64,000 nt of DNA. Source: Nitrospirota bacterium. GTDB taxonomy: Bacteria > Nitrospirota > Nitrospiria > Nitrospirales > Nitrospiraceae. Below, in pieces: positions 10,643 through 20,790 of this stretch. The notes below the pieces were generated by a model. The model searched no databases, had not been told where the DNA came from, and worked only from the letters and a program-made list of their open reading frames with translations. The position numbers and the translations under genes were made by a program. Position 1 is the first letter of the stretch. Each line of letters begins with the position of its first letter. The stretch lies in the NCBI GenBank assembly GCA_963701855.1, contig CAVPBK010000012.1, positions 32,001 to 96,000 of the forward strand, given 5' to 3'.

Positions 10643-11035
10643 TCACTTCTTGCCGCAGGCAAATTCCCACAAAGTTTGACCGATACTTTCTGGCACAACT
10701 GGTTCCCACTTTTGTTCGTTCGAGTTGACCGAAACCACCGTACCGTTGCCCATATTGCCAGAGAACTGAGTGGCCGCAAGAGTCCTCGTGCGCTCTTCGG
10801 CACAACTAAATTCCCGTTGCTTTTTGGTAGACAAAAACGAGGTGTTCTCCACGGTTTGTACAGTCTTGAAATCGTTCAATTGCCACATCTTCACCAAATC
10901 CCCCTTGCGGCGCACGGTATCTGGATTGACGTAGGTAGTCATTCCAATCTGGTCGTTGCCACCAACCGCCACCCATTCTGCATACGCTGGTCCACTACTC
11001 AGCACCAGGAGTGTGATCAGGAACAGTCGTTTCAT
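10643..11035 (-). CDS. Surface-adhesin-E-like secreted protein, copy 1
   Basis: AEWV...PDTVRRKGDLVKMW...C...F.GNMG.G...W.P...ACGKK scaffold. Confidence 0.75.
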   Translation of the reverse strand: MKRLFLITLLVLSSGPAYAEWVAVGGNDQIGMTTYVNPDTVRRKGDLVKMWQLNDFKTVQTVENTSFLSTKKQREFSCAEERTRTLAATQFSGNMGNGTVVSVNSNEQKWEPVVPESIGQTLWEFACGKK

Positions 11036-11132
11036 GTGAATCCCTCTGCGGAAGGCATGGTCACGAGGCCTTGAAGGGGGAAGCGATGGTAATGGCGAAT
11101 TGAGAAGGGCATAGGGCCTCGCAGGGAAGCGC

Positions 11133-11162
11133 ATTCTAGTCGGATGTCGGCGTGAGGAGCAA
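11133..11162 (-). promoter_or_regulatory. Promoter module A, copy 2 (TTGCTC-18-TAGAAT)
   Basis: Followed by the shared tccctgcgaggcc..atgcccttctc leader. Confidence 0.55.
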
Positions 11163-11277
11163 GCGAGGGCACTAGGGGATTTCACAGTGCCGTAAATATC
11201 TGCGCAACCTTAACATTTAGCTCATCCCACGGTTCCCTATATGGCTGTTATTGAAACTGTCAGCAAGGAGGATGTAA

Positions 11278-11535
11278 ATGGCTGTTGCTGCCCCGTTTAT
11301 TCCGACAAGTCATGAGATGCCCTCAGCCTCGTGGAGGGGGACGACGTTACTCCCCTGTTGTTGTGTGTGCGGACTCGTTCGAGATGAGACCAGACCCGCA
11401 CATCATTCTCAGCGTTGGGTCATGCAGGGGACGTATCGAAATTTACATGGCGTGGAGCCGTCCAATTGCCTTTTGACTCATACCTACTGTCCAGAATGTT
11501 TATTACAAGCCCAGCATGGAATCAGGGCAGCCTAG
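11278..11535 (+). CDS. Small Cys-rich hypothetical protein
   Basis: GGAGG RBS; CCVC and YCPEC motifs. Confidence 0.65.
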   Translation: MAVAAPFIPTSHEMPSASWRGTTLLPCCCVCGLVRDETRPAHHSQRWVMQGTYRNLHGVEPSNCLLTHTYCPECLLQAQHGIRAA

Positions 11536-11571
11536 GGGCTTGCCCAGTGATTGAAAAGGAGGTAAGGAAGA

Positions 11572-11730
11572 ATGAACACAGAGAAGAAAGAGGAGTATGT
11601 CCAGCCAGTGCTCGTGAGGCACGAGTAGCTGCGGGATATTACTGCAAAGGCTTCTGGCGTTCATCTCTCAGCGTTTAGCTTAGGCCATTCCTATGGCCAT
11701 ACCATACCATCACCATCACCATGACAGATA
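11572..11730 (+). pseudogene. Lasso-RiPP-leader-like short peptide with an internal stop
   Basis: AAGGAGG RBS; MNTEKKEEYVQPVLVRHE*LRDITAKASG. Confidence 0.5.
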
Positions 11731-11818
11731 AGCCACTGGGAGGGTGGTCGATTCATGAGAGTCGGCTACCCACGTTTCTCCCGATGCGCGAGGGCACGGG
11801 GGCCTCGCAGGGAGGCCT

Positions 11819-11848
11819 ATTCTGGAAGGGAAGCGAAGGAAGGCCCAA
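11819..11848 (-). promoter_or_regulatory. Promoter module A, copy 3 (degenerate)
   Basis: TTGGGC-18-CAGAAT plus the shared leader. Confidence 0.4.
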
Positions 11849-12049
11849 GGGCGATCCGCGAGAGAATGGACGTAGTTGATCAACGGTCGAGAACTCGTGA
11901 CTTCCTCCACTTCCACGGTTCCACGGCGGCAACGGCTGGGGATCAGCTCTCTTATGTTTTCGGATCACCACTATTTTTGGTAAGTCCGCGCATCTCTTGA
12001 AGAATAGCCACGCCCCCCATTCCACTCCATCCTGCGCTACTATTATACG

Positions 12050-12436
12050 ATGGCTCAGTGGACACAACAGACCAGGGAAGATAGTCCGGGGTTTAATACG
12101 AGGTTTACTATTGACTGTGTGCTTCCGCTCGCTAGCACCCAGCTTCAAGCGGACGGGTGCGTGCTCGAAAATATAGAGGATGGACATAAGCTCATCACCC
12201 CTGAGTACCTGAGAGCAGGGGATCTTGTGAAAATCCAATTATGGTTGGAAGGTGAGGAGGCCTTTGTAGACATCCCGCTGGCGGTAGTCAGTAAGGTTCA
12301 GGCCCCTTGGATCACGGTAGGTGTGATCCGGGTGAGCCCACCTGACCAGTTAAGATTGAAACAATTTATCCAGACCCCAGCAGCCATACACATTAAAAAA
12401 CCTGCTCTCATCGACCAACTTCTCATTCGGGCATAG
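12050..12436 (+). CDS. PilZ-like domain protein
   Basis: RF...C...G.V.NI..G...GD.V.I.L.L pattern; 3' end duplicated at 1..42. Confidence 0.6.
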   Translation: MAQWTQQTREDSPGFNTRFTIDCVLPLASTQLQADGCVLENIEDGHKLITPEYLRAGDLVKIQLWLEGEEAFVDIPLAVVSKVQAPWITVGVIRVSPPDQLRLKQFIQTPAAIHIKKPALIDQLLIRA

Positions 12437-12479
12437 TTCGTCGATTGTTGTGGGGGGGTGGAATGAGCCGGCCCGTCAC

Positions 12480-12971
12480 GCGCCGCTCACCTACGCCCCT
12501 TTCGCCACTCCCACGGCGGCAGGGGATACGGGTCGGCCCACAGGCCTCGCCACGCTTCCGTGCCTCAGTCTCCAACTGTTCCAGCGCGACATTCCTCGGC
12601 ACATACTTCCGATACCACCAGCACCATCCGTCTTTGACCAACGTGTGATTCATGTTGGTGCCATCAGGCAGGATCACATCGGCAAGGGTGCGCTTGTACT
12701 TGTCGTAGCCGTGCGTCTGGATTGTGACTTCTTTGCCAAAGGCGAGGTCAGAGGCGGCCTGCTTTGCACGATGGCCGAAGGCTTGGCCTTTCTCAGGGCA
12801 GTCGATGCCACTGAGGCGGACACGCTCAGCATGGTGGCCATTCAGTACTTCGATGATGTCGTCATCGAGGACGGAGACAACGGGGCCGGTGAAGTCAGCG
12901 AAGGCCAGTGCAGGAAGAAGCGACAAGAATGTCGCGAATATGAGAGATGGCCGTATTGAGAAGGGTGTCAT
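12480..12971 (-). pseudogene. Thermonuclease family gene, frameshifted near the 3' end
   Basis: RVRLSGIDCPEKGQAFG, DKYKRTLADV; the PWEW tail is out of frame. Confidence 0.85.
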
Positions 12972-13476
12972 CGCTGTCTTTCGGCGGAACGCTCCAAACC
13001 GTGCCATGTCCATCGGGCACATAGCTAGCTGAAAACCGCACATCTCCCTCCTCCCTCTTAGACGCGGCAACCTTGGTCAGTCACGGGCTGACCCCCCGAC
13101 TCGCCATGATCCATCAAGGGTTATCGGCACTTCTCCTCCGTTGCTCCGCCACATGCCCGCCAAGGAATCCCCTAATTTCAACGGACTGCGACCAACGGAT
13201 TGAAGTGAACGAGGACGGCATGCTCTGTGCCTTACGACGATGCTGTAGGCACAATTCACGTGAGCAGTTTGAGGATTGTGCATATTTTTTTGAAAGGAGA
13301 CACACCATGACGATGATCGATGCGGTGTTGTTCAATGGTTCGCAGTATATCGTGTCGCTTGGACTCTTGGCCCTGGCGTGGGCAACGTTGCAGAGCAAAA
13401 ATACATGAACGCAGAGTTCGGCGGCGCGCACTGTTTGTAGCGTGAACGGTATTCACCACTAACCCAAGGAGGTCCC

Positions 13477-13767
13477 ATGATATCCATTCCCCAAGTTGGC
13501 AGCATCCTGTGTGGCATGGCGTTACTCTTGACTGCGTCCTACGCGGTCGCGCAAGCGCCGAATGACCCGACGCACAACCGGACCATCAAGGGCGACGTAG
13601 CGCGCATCGACTATGCGTACTATGTCGTCAAGGAGCAGGACGGCCGGGAAGTGCGCGTGCATGCAGATAAGACGACGCAGATGATGGGACAGCTCAAGCA
13701 GGGCGATCGTGTTGAAGCGGAAGTCACCGCTGAGAACCACATCCTGCGGATGCGTCCACTCCCCTGA
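13477..13767 (+). CDS. Secreted small beta-rich protein
   Basis: AAGGAGG RBS, signal peptide, TIKGDVARID...GDRVEAEV. Confidence 0.8.
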   Translation: MISIPQVGSILCGMALLLTASYAVAQAPNDPTHNRTIKGDVARIDYAYYVVKEQDGREVRVHADKTTQMMGQLKQGDRVEAEVTAENHILRMRPLP

Positions 13768-13777
13768 GTCAATCTCT

Positions 13778-13829
13778 CATGGCCGCGGAAGGATGTGTTT
13801 TTGAGCTAGCGCATCCTTCCGCGGCCATG
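13778..13829. terminator. Perfect 18-bp inverted repeat (hairpin) between paralogs
   Basis: catggccgcggaaggatg / catccttccgcggccatg. Confidence 0.6.
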
Positions 13830-13913
13830 GTCGACCTTGATGATCTTTTCCGAATAGGCGTGACCAATTCCCCACTCACTCGGTCTGCGCTTACAACAAC
13901 CAAGGAGGTTGCC

Positions 13914-14285
13914 ATGTTATCTATGCTGAAAGCCATCGGTGCTCTGTCTTGTGGTTTCGTGCTGTGCGTGAGTTTGCCCAACACCACACAGGCCATCAAC
14001 AATCTGGCGCAAGAATTGGAACAACAAGAAGCTGACGAGCAAGCCGACAGGCTATCCGGTGCGGTGAAACAAGAGAAGGAAACACCGACGGGCGCCATCA
14101 CAGTTCGAGGTGAAGTGTTACGCATTAAACGCAATAACTATTTGATCAGGAAATTTACTGGTGACGTAGAACACTTGCATCTCGACGACAACACTCAAAA
14201 GACCGAGACTATTCGCCAAGGGGATCGGATTGTGGCGAAGGTGGACGATCAGAGGCATGTGTTGCTGATTGGACCGATTCAATAA
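13914..14285 (+). CDS. Secreted small beta-rich protein
   Basis: AAGGAGG RBS; paralog of 583..987. Confidence 0.8.
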   Translation: MLSMLKAIGALSCGFVLCVSLPNTTQAINNLAQELEQQEADEQADRLSGAVKQEKETPTGAITVRGEVLRIKRNNYLIRKFTGDVEHLHLDDNTQKTETIRQGDRIVAKVDDQRHVLLIGPIQ

Positions 14286-14299
14286 ACCGTTCCACTGCC

Positions 14300-14774
14300 G
14301 GTGCTGCTGCGAGAGACCCACGGGGGGGTTAGGCGAGGGATCAGCCCAGAGACCTTGCTTGGCCTCCCGTGTGTTCGTCTTTAGCTTCTCCAGTTCCGTA
14401 TCGAGCGGCGCATACTTCCGATACCACCAGCACCAGCCGTCTTTGACCAGCATGTGATTGACGTTGGTACCATCCAGCAGGAGCACATCGGCTAGGGTGC
14501 GCTTGTACTTGTCGTAACCGTGCGTCTGAAGGGTCACGTCTTGGCCAAATGCGAGTGCTGAGGCCGACTGTTTGGCTTTTTGACCAAAGGCTTGGCCTTT
14601 CTCAGGGCAGTCGATGCCGCTGAGGCGGAAGCGTTCAGCATGGTGGCCGTTTAGCACTTCGATGGTGTCGCCGTCGAGAACACTGACGACAGGGCCAGTG
14701 AAGTCGGCGAAAGCGACGGTTGGCGGTAACAGTATCAGCGAGAGAACAACAACTAGGCGCAACTGGCGTGGCAT
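14300..14774 (-). pseudogene. Thermonuclease family gene with a disrupted C-terminus
   Basis: DGDTIEV, GIDCPE, DKYKRT motifs; the WEWRK tail is missing. Confidence 0.8.
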
Positions 14775-14895
14775 AGACAGGCCTTCCAGCATGGGGAATC
14801 GATAGCTCAGGCTGATCCCCTGGGCCTGCTCCCGCTGAGCAAGAGGATGAACCGGCTTGCCGAGCGCCTCTCCCTCACCGGGTTAGGTTGGGTGG

Positions 14896-15351
14896 TTATC
14901 CGAGTTTGTTAAGCTCGTCATCATGCTTTTTTAATAGGACTTCTGTTTGACGCATTCTCTCTTTACTGTCGCGATCACAGTGATCGAAATGTGCCCTGGC
15001 CTTGTCCCAATCTGAGCGGCTTACTACCTTGCGTTGTGGTATCCCTTTGTCATGGTAGTCAATCACAAAGACGCTGCCGTTCTCGGAGCACTTCTCCATG
15101 TCCTCAAGTTTCATATGCGTCCCAGCTATCCATGTCTCTTGAGTATAGCCGGTCTCAGGATTCAGTATGTGCGCGGTGACGGATTGATTACCTGACTTCA
15201 CCACTTTAAATACTCCTTCCTCCCCCTTTTGCATCTTCTCCCGCCACGCCTTCGTGACGACCACATCCTTCATGATGCCGTTTTCTTGTTCAATCTGAAT
15301 GGTCATCTTTTCGCCAAACATCGCATCAAATAATCCTGTACTAAACTTCAT
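14896..15351 (-). CDS. Hypothetical protein
   Basis: Open 151-aa ORF; no recognised motif. Confidence 0.6.
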   Translation of the reverse strand: MKFSTGLFDAMFGEKMTIQIEQENGIMKDVVVTKAWREKMQKGEEGVFKVVKSGNQSVTAHILNPETGYTQETWIAGTHMKLEDMEKCSENGSVFVIDYHDKGIPQRKVVSRSDWDKARAHFDHCDRDSKERMRQTEVLLKKHDDELNKLG

Positions 15352-15369
15352 CTCACCCCCATTGGTTAC

Positions 15370-15445
15370 ACGCAATCTCCCACATGTTGGAGACGGTGGC
15401 TTCTTCTATGGACATGATCTCGTGTTTGGGGAGTTGTCGTTCATG
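15370..15445 (-). pseudogene. 5' fragment of the MSIEEATVSNMWEIA hypothetical gene
   Basis: Matches about 10520-10570. Confidence 0.55.
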
Positions 15446-15550
15446 GCGTAAACTCGTGTTTTCTGTTTCACCACAGTCTGGACCTTGATCGTGTCGTAGG
15501 TGGCCTCCCGCACTGATGATACTCCTCTTGATCATCATGAACATTGACCG

Positions 15551-15934
15551 CTATCTCTCAGGACTATCCCGACAAGCTTTCCGCAAGGCCTGGTAGAGGG
15601 CCCGGTGGACCATGAGGAGATGTCGCTCGCTCGGTCTGGCATCCAGCTCTGCCTTGAGTATGTCCCGTATCTGATCGGAAGTCATTCCTGCAACGCAGGG
15701 GTTGATCCAGAACAAGCCTGGCGTCTTCAGTGTGGCAGCGAGATCTAACCCATCCGCGACACCCATGGCATACGTGGCTTGCTCGGTTTTATTTAGCCCC
15801 AACCAATCATTGCCACTCATGAACCCTTTGGGCACATGTGCTTCATCAAGGCCCATCTCGGCTGTGGAAGAGAGAGCAGTGCCGAGTAGTAATCCGAGAA
15901 CCAATGGCGCTAGCCCAAGAATGTATTTCAACAT
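15551..15934 (-). CDS. Secreted protein, possibly Rap1a-like immunity fold
   Basis: Signal peptide; SGND...YAMGVADG...C...T.DQI....RP.ERH pattern. Confidence 0.5.
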   Translation of the reverse strand: MLKYILGLAPLVLGLLLGTALSSTAEMGLDEAHVPKGFMSGNDWLGLNKTEQATYAMGVADGLDLAATLKTPGLFWINPCVAGMTSDQIRDILKAELDARPSERHLLMVHRALYQALRKACRDSPER

Positions 15935-16045
15935 ATGCCCTCCTCGGAAGACGCGGTCTCATGAGCAGTGATGCATGCTCGTCTCTTTGGTGTCATCCGT
16001 CACAAGAGCTGGCTTACCGAAAATAGAGGTCTCGCAGGGAGGCAT

Positions 16046-16074
16046 ATTGTAGGAAGGGGACGATCAAACCGCAA
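16046..16074 (-). promoter_or_regulatory. Promoter module A, copy 4 (TTGCGG-17-TACAAT)
   Basis: Near-consensus hexamers plus the shared leader. Confidence 0.65.
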
Positions 16075-16197
16075 GGCGGGGCGTGGGGAATTGGTGGTAT
16101 TGATTGGAGGAACTTTTCTGGATGGCAGGTTACTTTTCAGGTCTGGATAAACCTCTTACTGACAACTATGTGCCGATCGATTTCTTGTTGCGTCCAC

Positions 16198-16704
16198 TCA
16201 ACGGTTCAGTTTCCGCCACTCCCACGGCGGCACGGGTTGCGGATCAGCCCACAAGCCTTTCCTCGCTTGGCGTGCCTCCGCCTCTAGCTTCTCTAGGACT
16301 GTATCCCCTGGCTCATACTTGCGATACCACCAGCAACAACCGTCTTTGACAAGCGTCTGGTTGACGTTCGATCCATCGGACAGAAGCACATCGGCCAGAG
16401 TGCGCTTGTACTTGTCATAGCCGTGCGTCTGGAGCGTGACGTCTTTCCCAAAGACTAAGGCTGACGCAGCCTGCTTGGCCTGCTTGCCGAACGCTTGGCC
16501 TTTCTTCGGGCAATCGATGCCGCTGAGGCGGATACGCTCAGTATGGTGGCCGTTCAGGACTTCGATCGTGTCGCGGTCAATTACCCCGACGACTCTTCCG
16601 GTGAAGTCGGCAGCAAGGCCCAGAACCGGACACAGCAGAACGATGTAAATGAACCAAAGAATTACTGCGGCTAAGAACAAAGTGGAGGGCGGTAAGAACC
16701 TCAC
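16198..16704 (-). CDS. Thermonuclease (SNase-like) protein, full length
   Basis: DRDTIEV, RIRLSGIDCP, DKYKRTLA, GLWADPQPVPPWEWRK. Confidence 0.88.
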   Translation of the reverse strand: MRFLPPSTLFLAAVILWFIYIVLLCPVLGLAADFTGRVVGVIDRDTIEVLNGHHTERIRLSGIDCPKKGQAFGKQAKQAASALVFGKDVTLQTHGYDKYKRTLADVLLSDGSNVNQTLVKDGCCWWYRKYEPGDTVLEKLEAEARQARKGLWADPQPVPPWEWRKLNR

Positions 16705-16758
16705 AAATATTCTTCCTATGGGACCATGGCACAGCCATGGCAGCCTCCTGGCTGCCTC

Positions 16759-17157
16759 CTATGGACGAAACGACTTTGTCTGACGTTTTCGATCGCGGAC
16801 GACGAGTGAGGGGAGCCCCTCGTTGTCCACCGAGAGGACCAACCGTGTTTTGCCATCCACATCACGCACCTCTACTCCGGTGTCCTTGGAGATCCCGACC
16901 CGCACCCGCGCAGTATCAAACTCATCGCGCATGGTGAGGACCGGCTGCCCTTCGTCGTTGAAGGAAAGGGCGGCTCGCGTGTGCCCCTGTTGATCAATGA
17001 GGCGGAACTCCTTGGCACTGACGACGGCGGGCACCTCCCCTGCCGGTTCTTGCGCCGTGACAAGGCCTCCCCCGACCAGAAAGATGGCGACAATTCCGCC
17101 AAGCAGTCCAGATAGCATACTGACCGTGATGAGCACCCCTGTCTGTGGTCTGTCCAT
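16759..17157 (-). CDS. Membrane-anchored hypothetical protein
   Basis: RBS, N-terminal TM segment, AKEFRLID..G.TRA repeat-like pattern. Confidence 0.75.
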   Translation of the reverse strand: MDRPQTGVLITVSMLSGLLGGIVAIFLVGGGLVTAQEPAGEVPAVVSAKEFRLIDQQGHTRAALSFNDEGQPVLTMRDEFDTARVRVGISKDTGVEVRDVDGKTRLVLSVDNEGLPSLVVRDRKRQTKSFRP

Positions 17158-17374
17158 GAGTCTTCTCCTTATTGTTACGTGGTCTTCGTTGGCAGCGTTC
17201 CTCCTGGCACGTCTCTCAAGATGAACACATGAGGGAACTCACGCCACAGCTAGGTTGGCTATGAGGCGCTGCGTTCACGCTAAATTCTGTCATGCTATCA
17301 GCTTACGAGGGTAGGAGCGAAAGGAAACGCCTGGGCTATTTCTGTCCAATCCTCACAAAGGAAGGGAGGTTCCA

Positions 17375-17719
17375 TCAACAGAGTTGCACCGTGGCAACCG
17401 TCGTGTCGTCGTTGACATATACATAGAAGCAACCACGGCTCGCCGTGTGCGGAGACTGCTGCACGAACAAGACGGACCATTCTCTGGCGTGCGAGTCAAA
17501 AATCACGCTGGTGATGTCGTAGTCATAGAGCTTCTGCTGGATCACCTTCCGGGCTGCCGTTTTGGCGAGGGTGAGCACCTCAGGCTGGGTCAACTGCGAG
17601 GAACTCTTGCCGGGAGAGGCATCAGGGCCTGAGGGCTGGGTAGAGCGCACAACCGTCGGTGCAAGACCTGCAAGACACAGGACAAGACCGACAGCTCTGA
17701 GAACTGTCGTGGCTCTCAT
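17375..17719 (-). CDS. Secreted hypothetical protein
   Basis: Signal peptide; co-oriented with neighbours. Confidence 0.6.
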   Translation of the reverse strand: MRATTVLRAVGLVLCLAGLAPTVVRSTQPSGPDASPGKSSSQLTQPEVLTLAKTAARKVIQQKLYDYDITSVIFDSHAREWSVLFVQQSPHTASRGCFYVYVNDDTTVATVQLC

Positions 17720-17755
17720 GTGATAACGCTCCGCGTGTGATCTGGCGTTCCACGC

Positions 17756-18055
17756 CTACTTCTGCTTCGCCACAATCTTGTATTTGATCCCCTCATACGT
17801 GGCTCGTGGAAGAATCTTCTTCTGCACCAACTCATCTTTCCGTGCATACGGTCGGCCCTTAATGATCTTTTCAGAGTACGCATCGCTAATACCGGGGAGC
17901 GCCTTGAGTTGGTCGGCGGTGGCCGTGTTGAGGTCGAGGAGATCGTCTTTCTCAGCCGCAGCGAGGACAGGGCCGGGACTGAGCGGGACAGACACAATGA
18001 GTCCCGTGATGGCAAACAGAAAGAATGCGCCGATGAACACACGTAGACCAGTCAT
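17756..18055 (-). CDS. ComEA-like helix-hairpin-helix protein
   Basis: LDLNTATADQLKALPGI..KIIKGRPY. Confidence 0.88.
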   Translation of the reverse strand: MTGLRVFIGAFFLFAITGLIVSVPLSPGPVLAAAEKDDLLDLNTATADQLKALPGISDAYSEKIIKGRPYARKDELVQKKILPRATYEGIKYKIVAKQK

Positions 18056-18420
18056 GATGCTGTCTCCTTCATTGGTGTGAGATCGTTCCTCACTTGTCGA
18101 ACCTGGACCTCGATCTTCCGTGCAAGCGCCTGCCCCTGCCGACTGAGCGACAAACGCACGGCACGACTATCCGTGACCGAACGACGCTTCCTGACCCAGC
18201 GTTTCCCCGCGAGGTCCTTCGCTACCACACTCAACGTCGGGAGTGTCACGAGGAGCGCGGTTGCGGCATCCGTCAGCTTGGCATCCATGTGCCGTTGCAG
18301 ATAGAGGAGCACGCCCGCTTGGAGCGGTGTCACGCGGATCGAGTCCAATCGTCGTCTGAACTAGCCGTGCAACTGCAACACCAGTTCCAGGAGTGTCAGC
18401 GCCTCATGGCCATTGTGCAT
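18052..18420 (-). pseudogene. MarR-family regulator with an in-frame stop at 18361-18363
   Basis: VTPLQAGVLLYL...R.RS.TD.R.V.L.LS; TAG after LQLHG. Confidence 0.75.
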
Positions 18421-18507
18421 GACGCCTCGCATAGTTAGTGCCTCGTCCCCTTCGCTACCCGCTGCCCCACCTCAATAAGCCGCCTCAACCATTTGAGCAC
18501 TACGCGA

Positions 18508-18972
18508 TCACTTCTTGCCACATGCAAGTTTCCATTCCCGTTTACCAAGAGTTTCTGGTGCAATTGGTATCCACTGGCCTTCCGCTAAGCTTGACGAAAC
18601 CACCTTACCTTTTCCCATGTTGCCAGCCATCTCGAAAATTGAATTCGTCCGAACGCGCTCTCCTTTGCAGTCGTACTCACTTCGCATCTTCGTAGAAAAA
18701 ACAGCGTCGCGTCCCGTGGTTATAGGAGTCTTGTAGTCATACAAGAGCCATATCTTCACCAGATTTCCGTTGCGACGAATGGTGTCTGGATCGAAGTGCA
18801 CCGTCATCCCGTCGGCTTCGGTAAGCCTCACCCATTCCGCATTCGCTGGAACAGTATTCAGCAGTAGGAGAGTTGTCATTGCCCAGAAGCTCAAAAAGAA
18901 GAGTGGCCCCGCGTTGTTCGTAACGGCGCAGTGCGCAGGAAAGCGACGGTGTGGGCGAATCGAGAAGGGCAT
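18508..18972 (-). CDS. Adhesin-E-like protein, copy 2, fused behind a PilZ-gene 5' leader
   Basis: MPFSIRPHRRFPAHCAVT start, then AEWV...DPDTIRRNG...ACGKK. Confidence 0.72.
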   Translation of the reverse strand: MPFSIRPHRRFPAHCAVTNNAGPLFFLSFWAMTTLLLLNTVPANAEWVRLTEADGMTVHFDPDTIRRNGNLVKIWLLYDYKTPITTGRDAVFSTKMRSEYDCKGERVRTNSIFEMAGNMGKGKVVSSSLAEGQWIPIAPETLGKREWKLACGKK

Positions 18973-18994
18973 AGAGGCCTCGCAGGGAGAGGGT

Positions 18995-19024
18995 AGTGTA
19001 GGAGGGAAACGAACTATGGTGCAA
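18995..19024 (-). promoter_or_regulatory. Promoter module A, copy 5 (TTGCAC-18-TACACT)
   Basis: Aligns with the other copies. Confidence 0.6.
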
Positions 19025-19043
19025 GGGCCGATGCGATTGGTTA

Positions 19044-19292
19044 CTAGCGTCCTGGTCCAGTTGATGGCGGGATCGGGCCACGCCACGAGGCTTTGAGCAT
19101 CGCCACTGGTTGGTCTTTGTCAGGCCACCAGACGGTCAGTTCCCCATTGGTCTCCCGCACTTGCACCATGATGTCCCGAGATGGTGGGTCACGCCGAAAC
19201 CAGTAGCAGCCAGGTTGAGTGGGCGGCTCTGGGCTCCATTGGATATCCGTCGCTATTGGAGAGGGCTTACTGACCTTCGCCGTTGAATCCAT
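19044..19292 (-). CDS. Small Trp/Pro-rich hypothetical protein
   Basis: PTQPGCYWF...VRETNGELTVWWP; paralog fragment at 26344. Confidence 0.65.
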   Translation of the reverse strand: MDSTAKVSKPSPIATDIQWSPEPPTQPGCYWFRRDPPSRDIMVQVRETNGELTVWWPDKDQPVAMLKASWRGPIPPSTGPGR

Positions 19293-19616
19293 GCAGTGCC
19301 TCGAAAAAGCGGGTCTGACTGTACGACAGAATGCCGGGCTCTGCGGCTAGGGCAATCCCTCCAATCTCAAAAGGGAGGAATGGCCCGAGTTTCAGATTTC
19401 ATAGCCACTTCATGTGCCTGTCTCTATGTCATTCACGTCCTGACTCATACGCCTTCCTGCCCACTTCTGTCCCTATATGAGACTCTTGTCGGGCGGCAAA
19501 GCCTTGCCAGTCAAGGGATTTGACGCCATTCCCACGAATTGCGACGGGCTGTCGGCTCGATGGAAGAGTTAGGGGCACCCGTCGGTTCTCTCCAATGAGA
19601 CGTGCACCACGATTGA

Positions 19617-20129
19617 CTACATCCGAGAGTTGCCCATTAGCCAGCCATCGCGGCAGATGTCGCTGACGATAGAGGCGATGTCTTGAGGAGTTTTGATTAT
19701 GTGGCTTCGAGAAGCCTCCAAGAGCGGTAATTTGGGATCTGCTTTATCTAGGTCATACATCGAACACTCGTGGTCGGAAATGAGGATGACCCGGTGTACT
19801 AGGCTGCCAGGGGGTATCAGAAGACGGAGGAAGGCCACGTCCACCAACGCAAGGTTCTGAATGGCGTGCAGGGTTGCTTTGGGCTGGCCCGTTGGGGCTA
19901 GTACGACAAAGTCGCCGACGCTTCCGCTCTGTATCAATAGCTCCGTGGGGGAGTGAGGGGATGTTGTTGCTCTGTGTGCGGTGTACGCACTGTGCACTCT
20001 TTCGGAGAGTGCACATTCAGCATCCATCGTGCTGCTCAGTGACTTGTCGTCGTCAACGAGGGTGAGACGTGATGGCGGGCTGCGAAACGCAATGCCGCCC
20101 TTTGCCGTTTGCATCACCTTCCGATACAT
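19617..20129 (-). CDS. Hypothetical protein
   Basis: 170-aa ORF with no recognised motif. Confidence 0.45.
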   Translation of the reverse strand: MYRKVMQTAKGGIAFRSPPSRLTLVDDDKSLSSTMDAECALSERVHSAYTAHRATTSPHSPTELLIQSGSVGDFVVLAPTGQPKATLHAIQNLALVDVAFLRLLIPPGSLVHRVILISDHECSMYDLDKADPKLPLLEASRSHIIKTPQDIASIVSDICRDGWLMGNSRM

Positions 20130-20381
20130 GCTCTCGTGACCCCCCCCCTAAATTTTAAGTATGCTGCAGCCTACCCGTGCATACGCGCAAGTAAGCCAGA
20201 AACTGTGCCCGCCACCGCCTATATACCACCTCACGCCACTCACCGTCACCCCACGCGGCAACAAAAACCCCTTGTAACTATTGATGATCACAAGGGGCCT
20301 TTCATCGCAGGCAGTTGAGGGAGGATGTTTGTCTATACTCGAAAGACGAGTCCGTCCGTGGGGAGGTGTCAAGGCGAGAAA

Positions 20382-20600
20382 CTAGCGTGGGCGATTGAGC
20401 GGTTCGAATGGCGTATTGGGATTATACCGATTCGCCGAGTTCAACGGATTCTGTGGCTTGTATTGGTCGGCGGGATTGAATGGGTTAGTGGGACTGTAGC
20501 GATTCGCTGGATTGACCGGGTTTCCCGGATCATAGCGGTTCGCAGGGTTAAAAGGATTGTCTGGCGCGTAGGTCTGTGCGGGGTTCAGGGGTTGTCTGGC
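20382..20600 (-). pseudogene. 3' fragment of the Asn/Pro-repeat gene
   Basis: Near-duplicate of about 5052-5290, including the downstream flank. Confidence 0.75.
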
Positions 20601-20602
20601 GT

Positions 20603-20790
20603 CGGCGAAGAAGCGGGCCGAGCCATATACCAAGATTGTGGAAGAGTTACCGCAGATGCGAAGAGAAGCGGTGCAGTTAGTGCGGCAGGCAGTCGGCGCG
20701 GGACGACGCGTATATGCTCTGGTCAACAATCGGGCTGAAGGAAACACGCCTTTGACGGTTGAAGGACTTGTGGGGATGTTATTAAAATAA
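20603..20790 (+). pseudogene. DUF72-like gene 3' fragment
   Basis: AKKRAEPYTKIVEELPQMR...YALVNNRAEGNTPLTV..LVGML. Confidence 0.65.
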
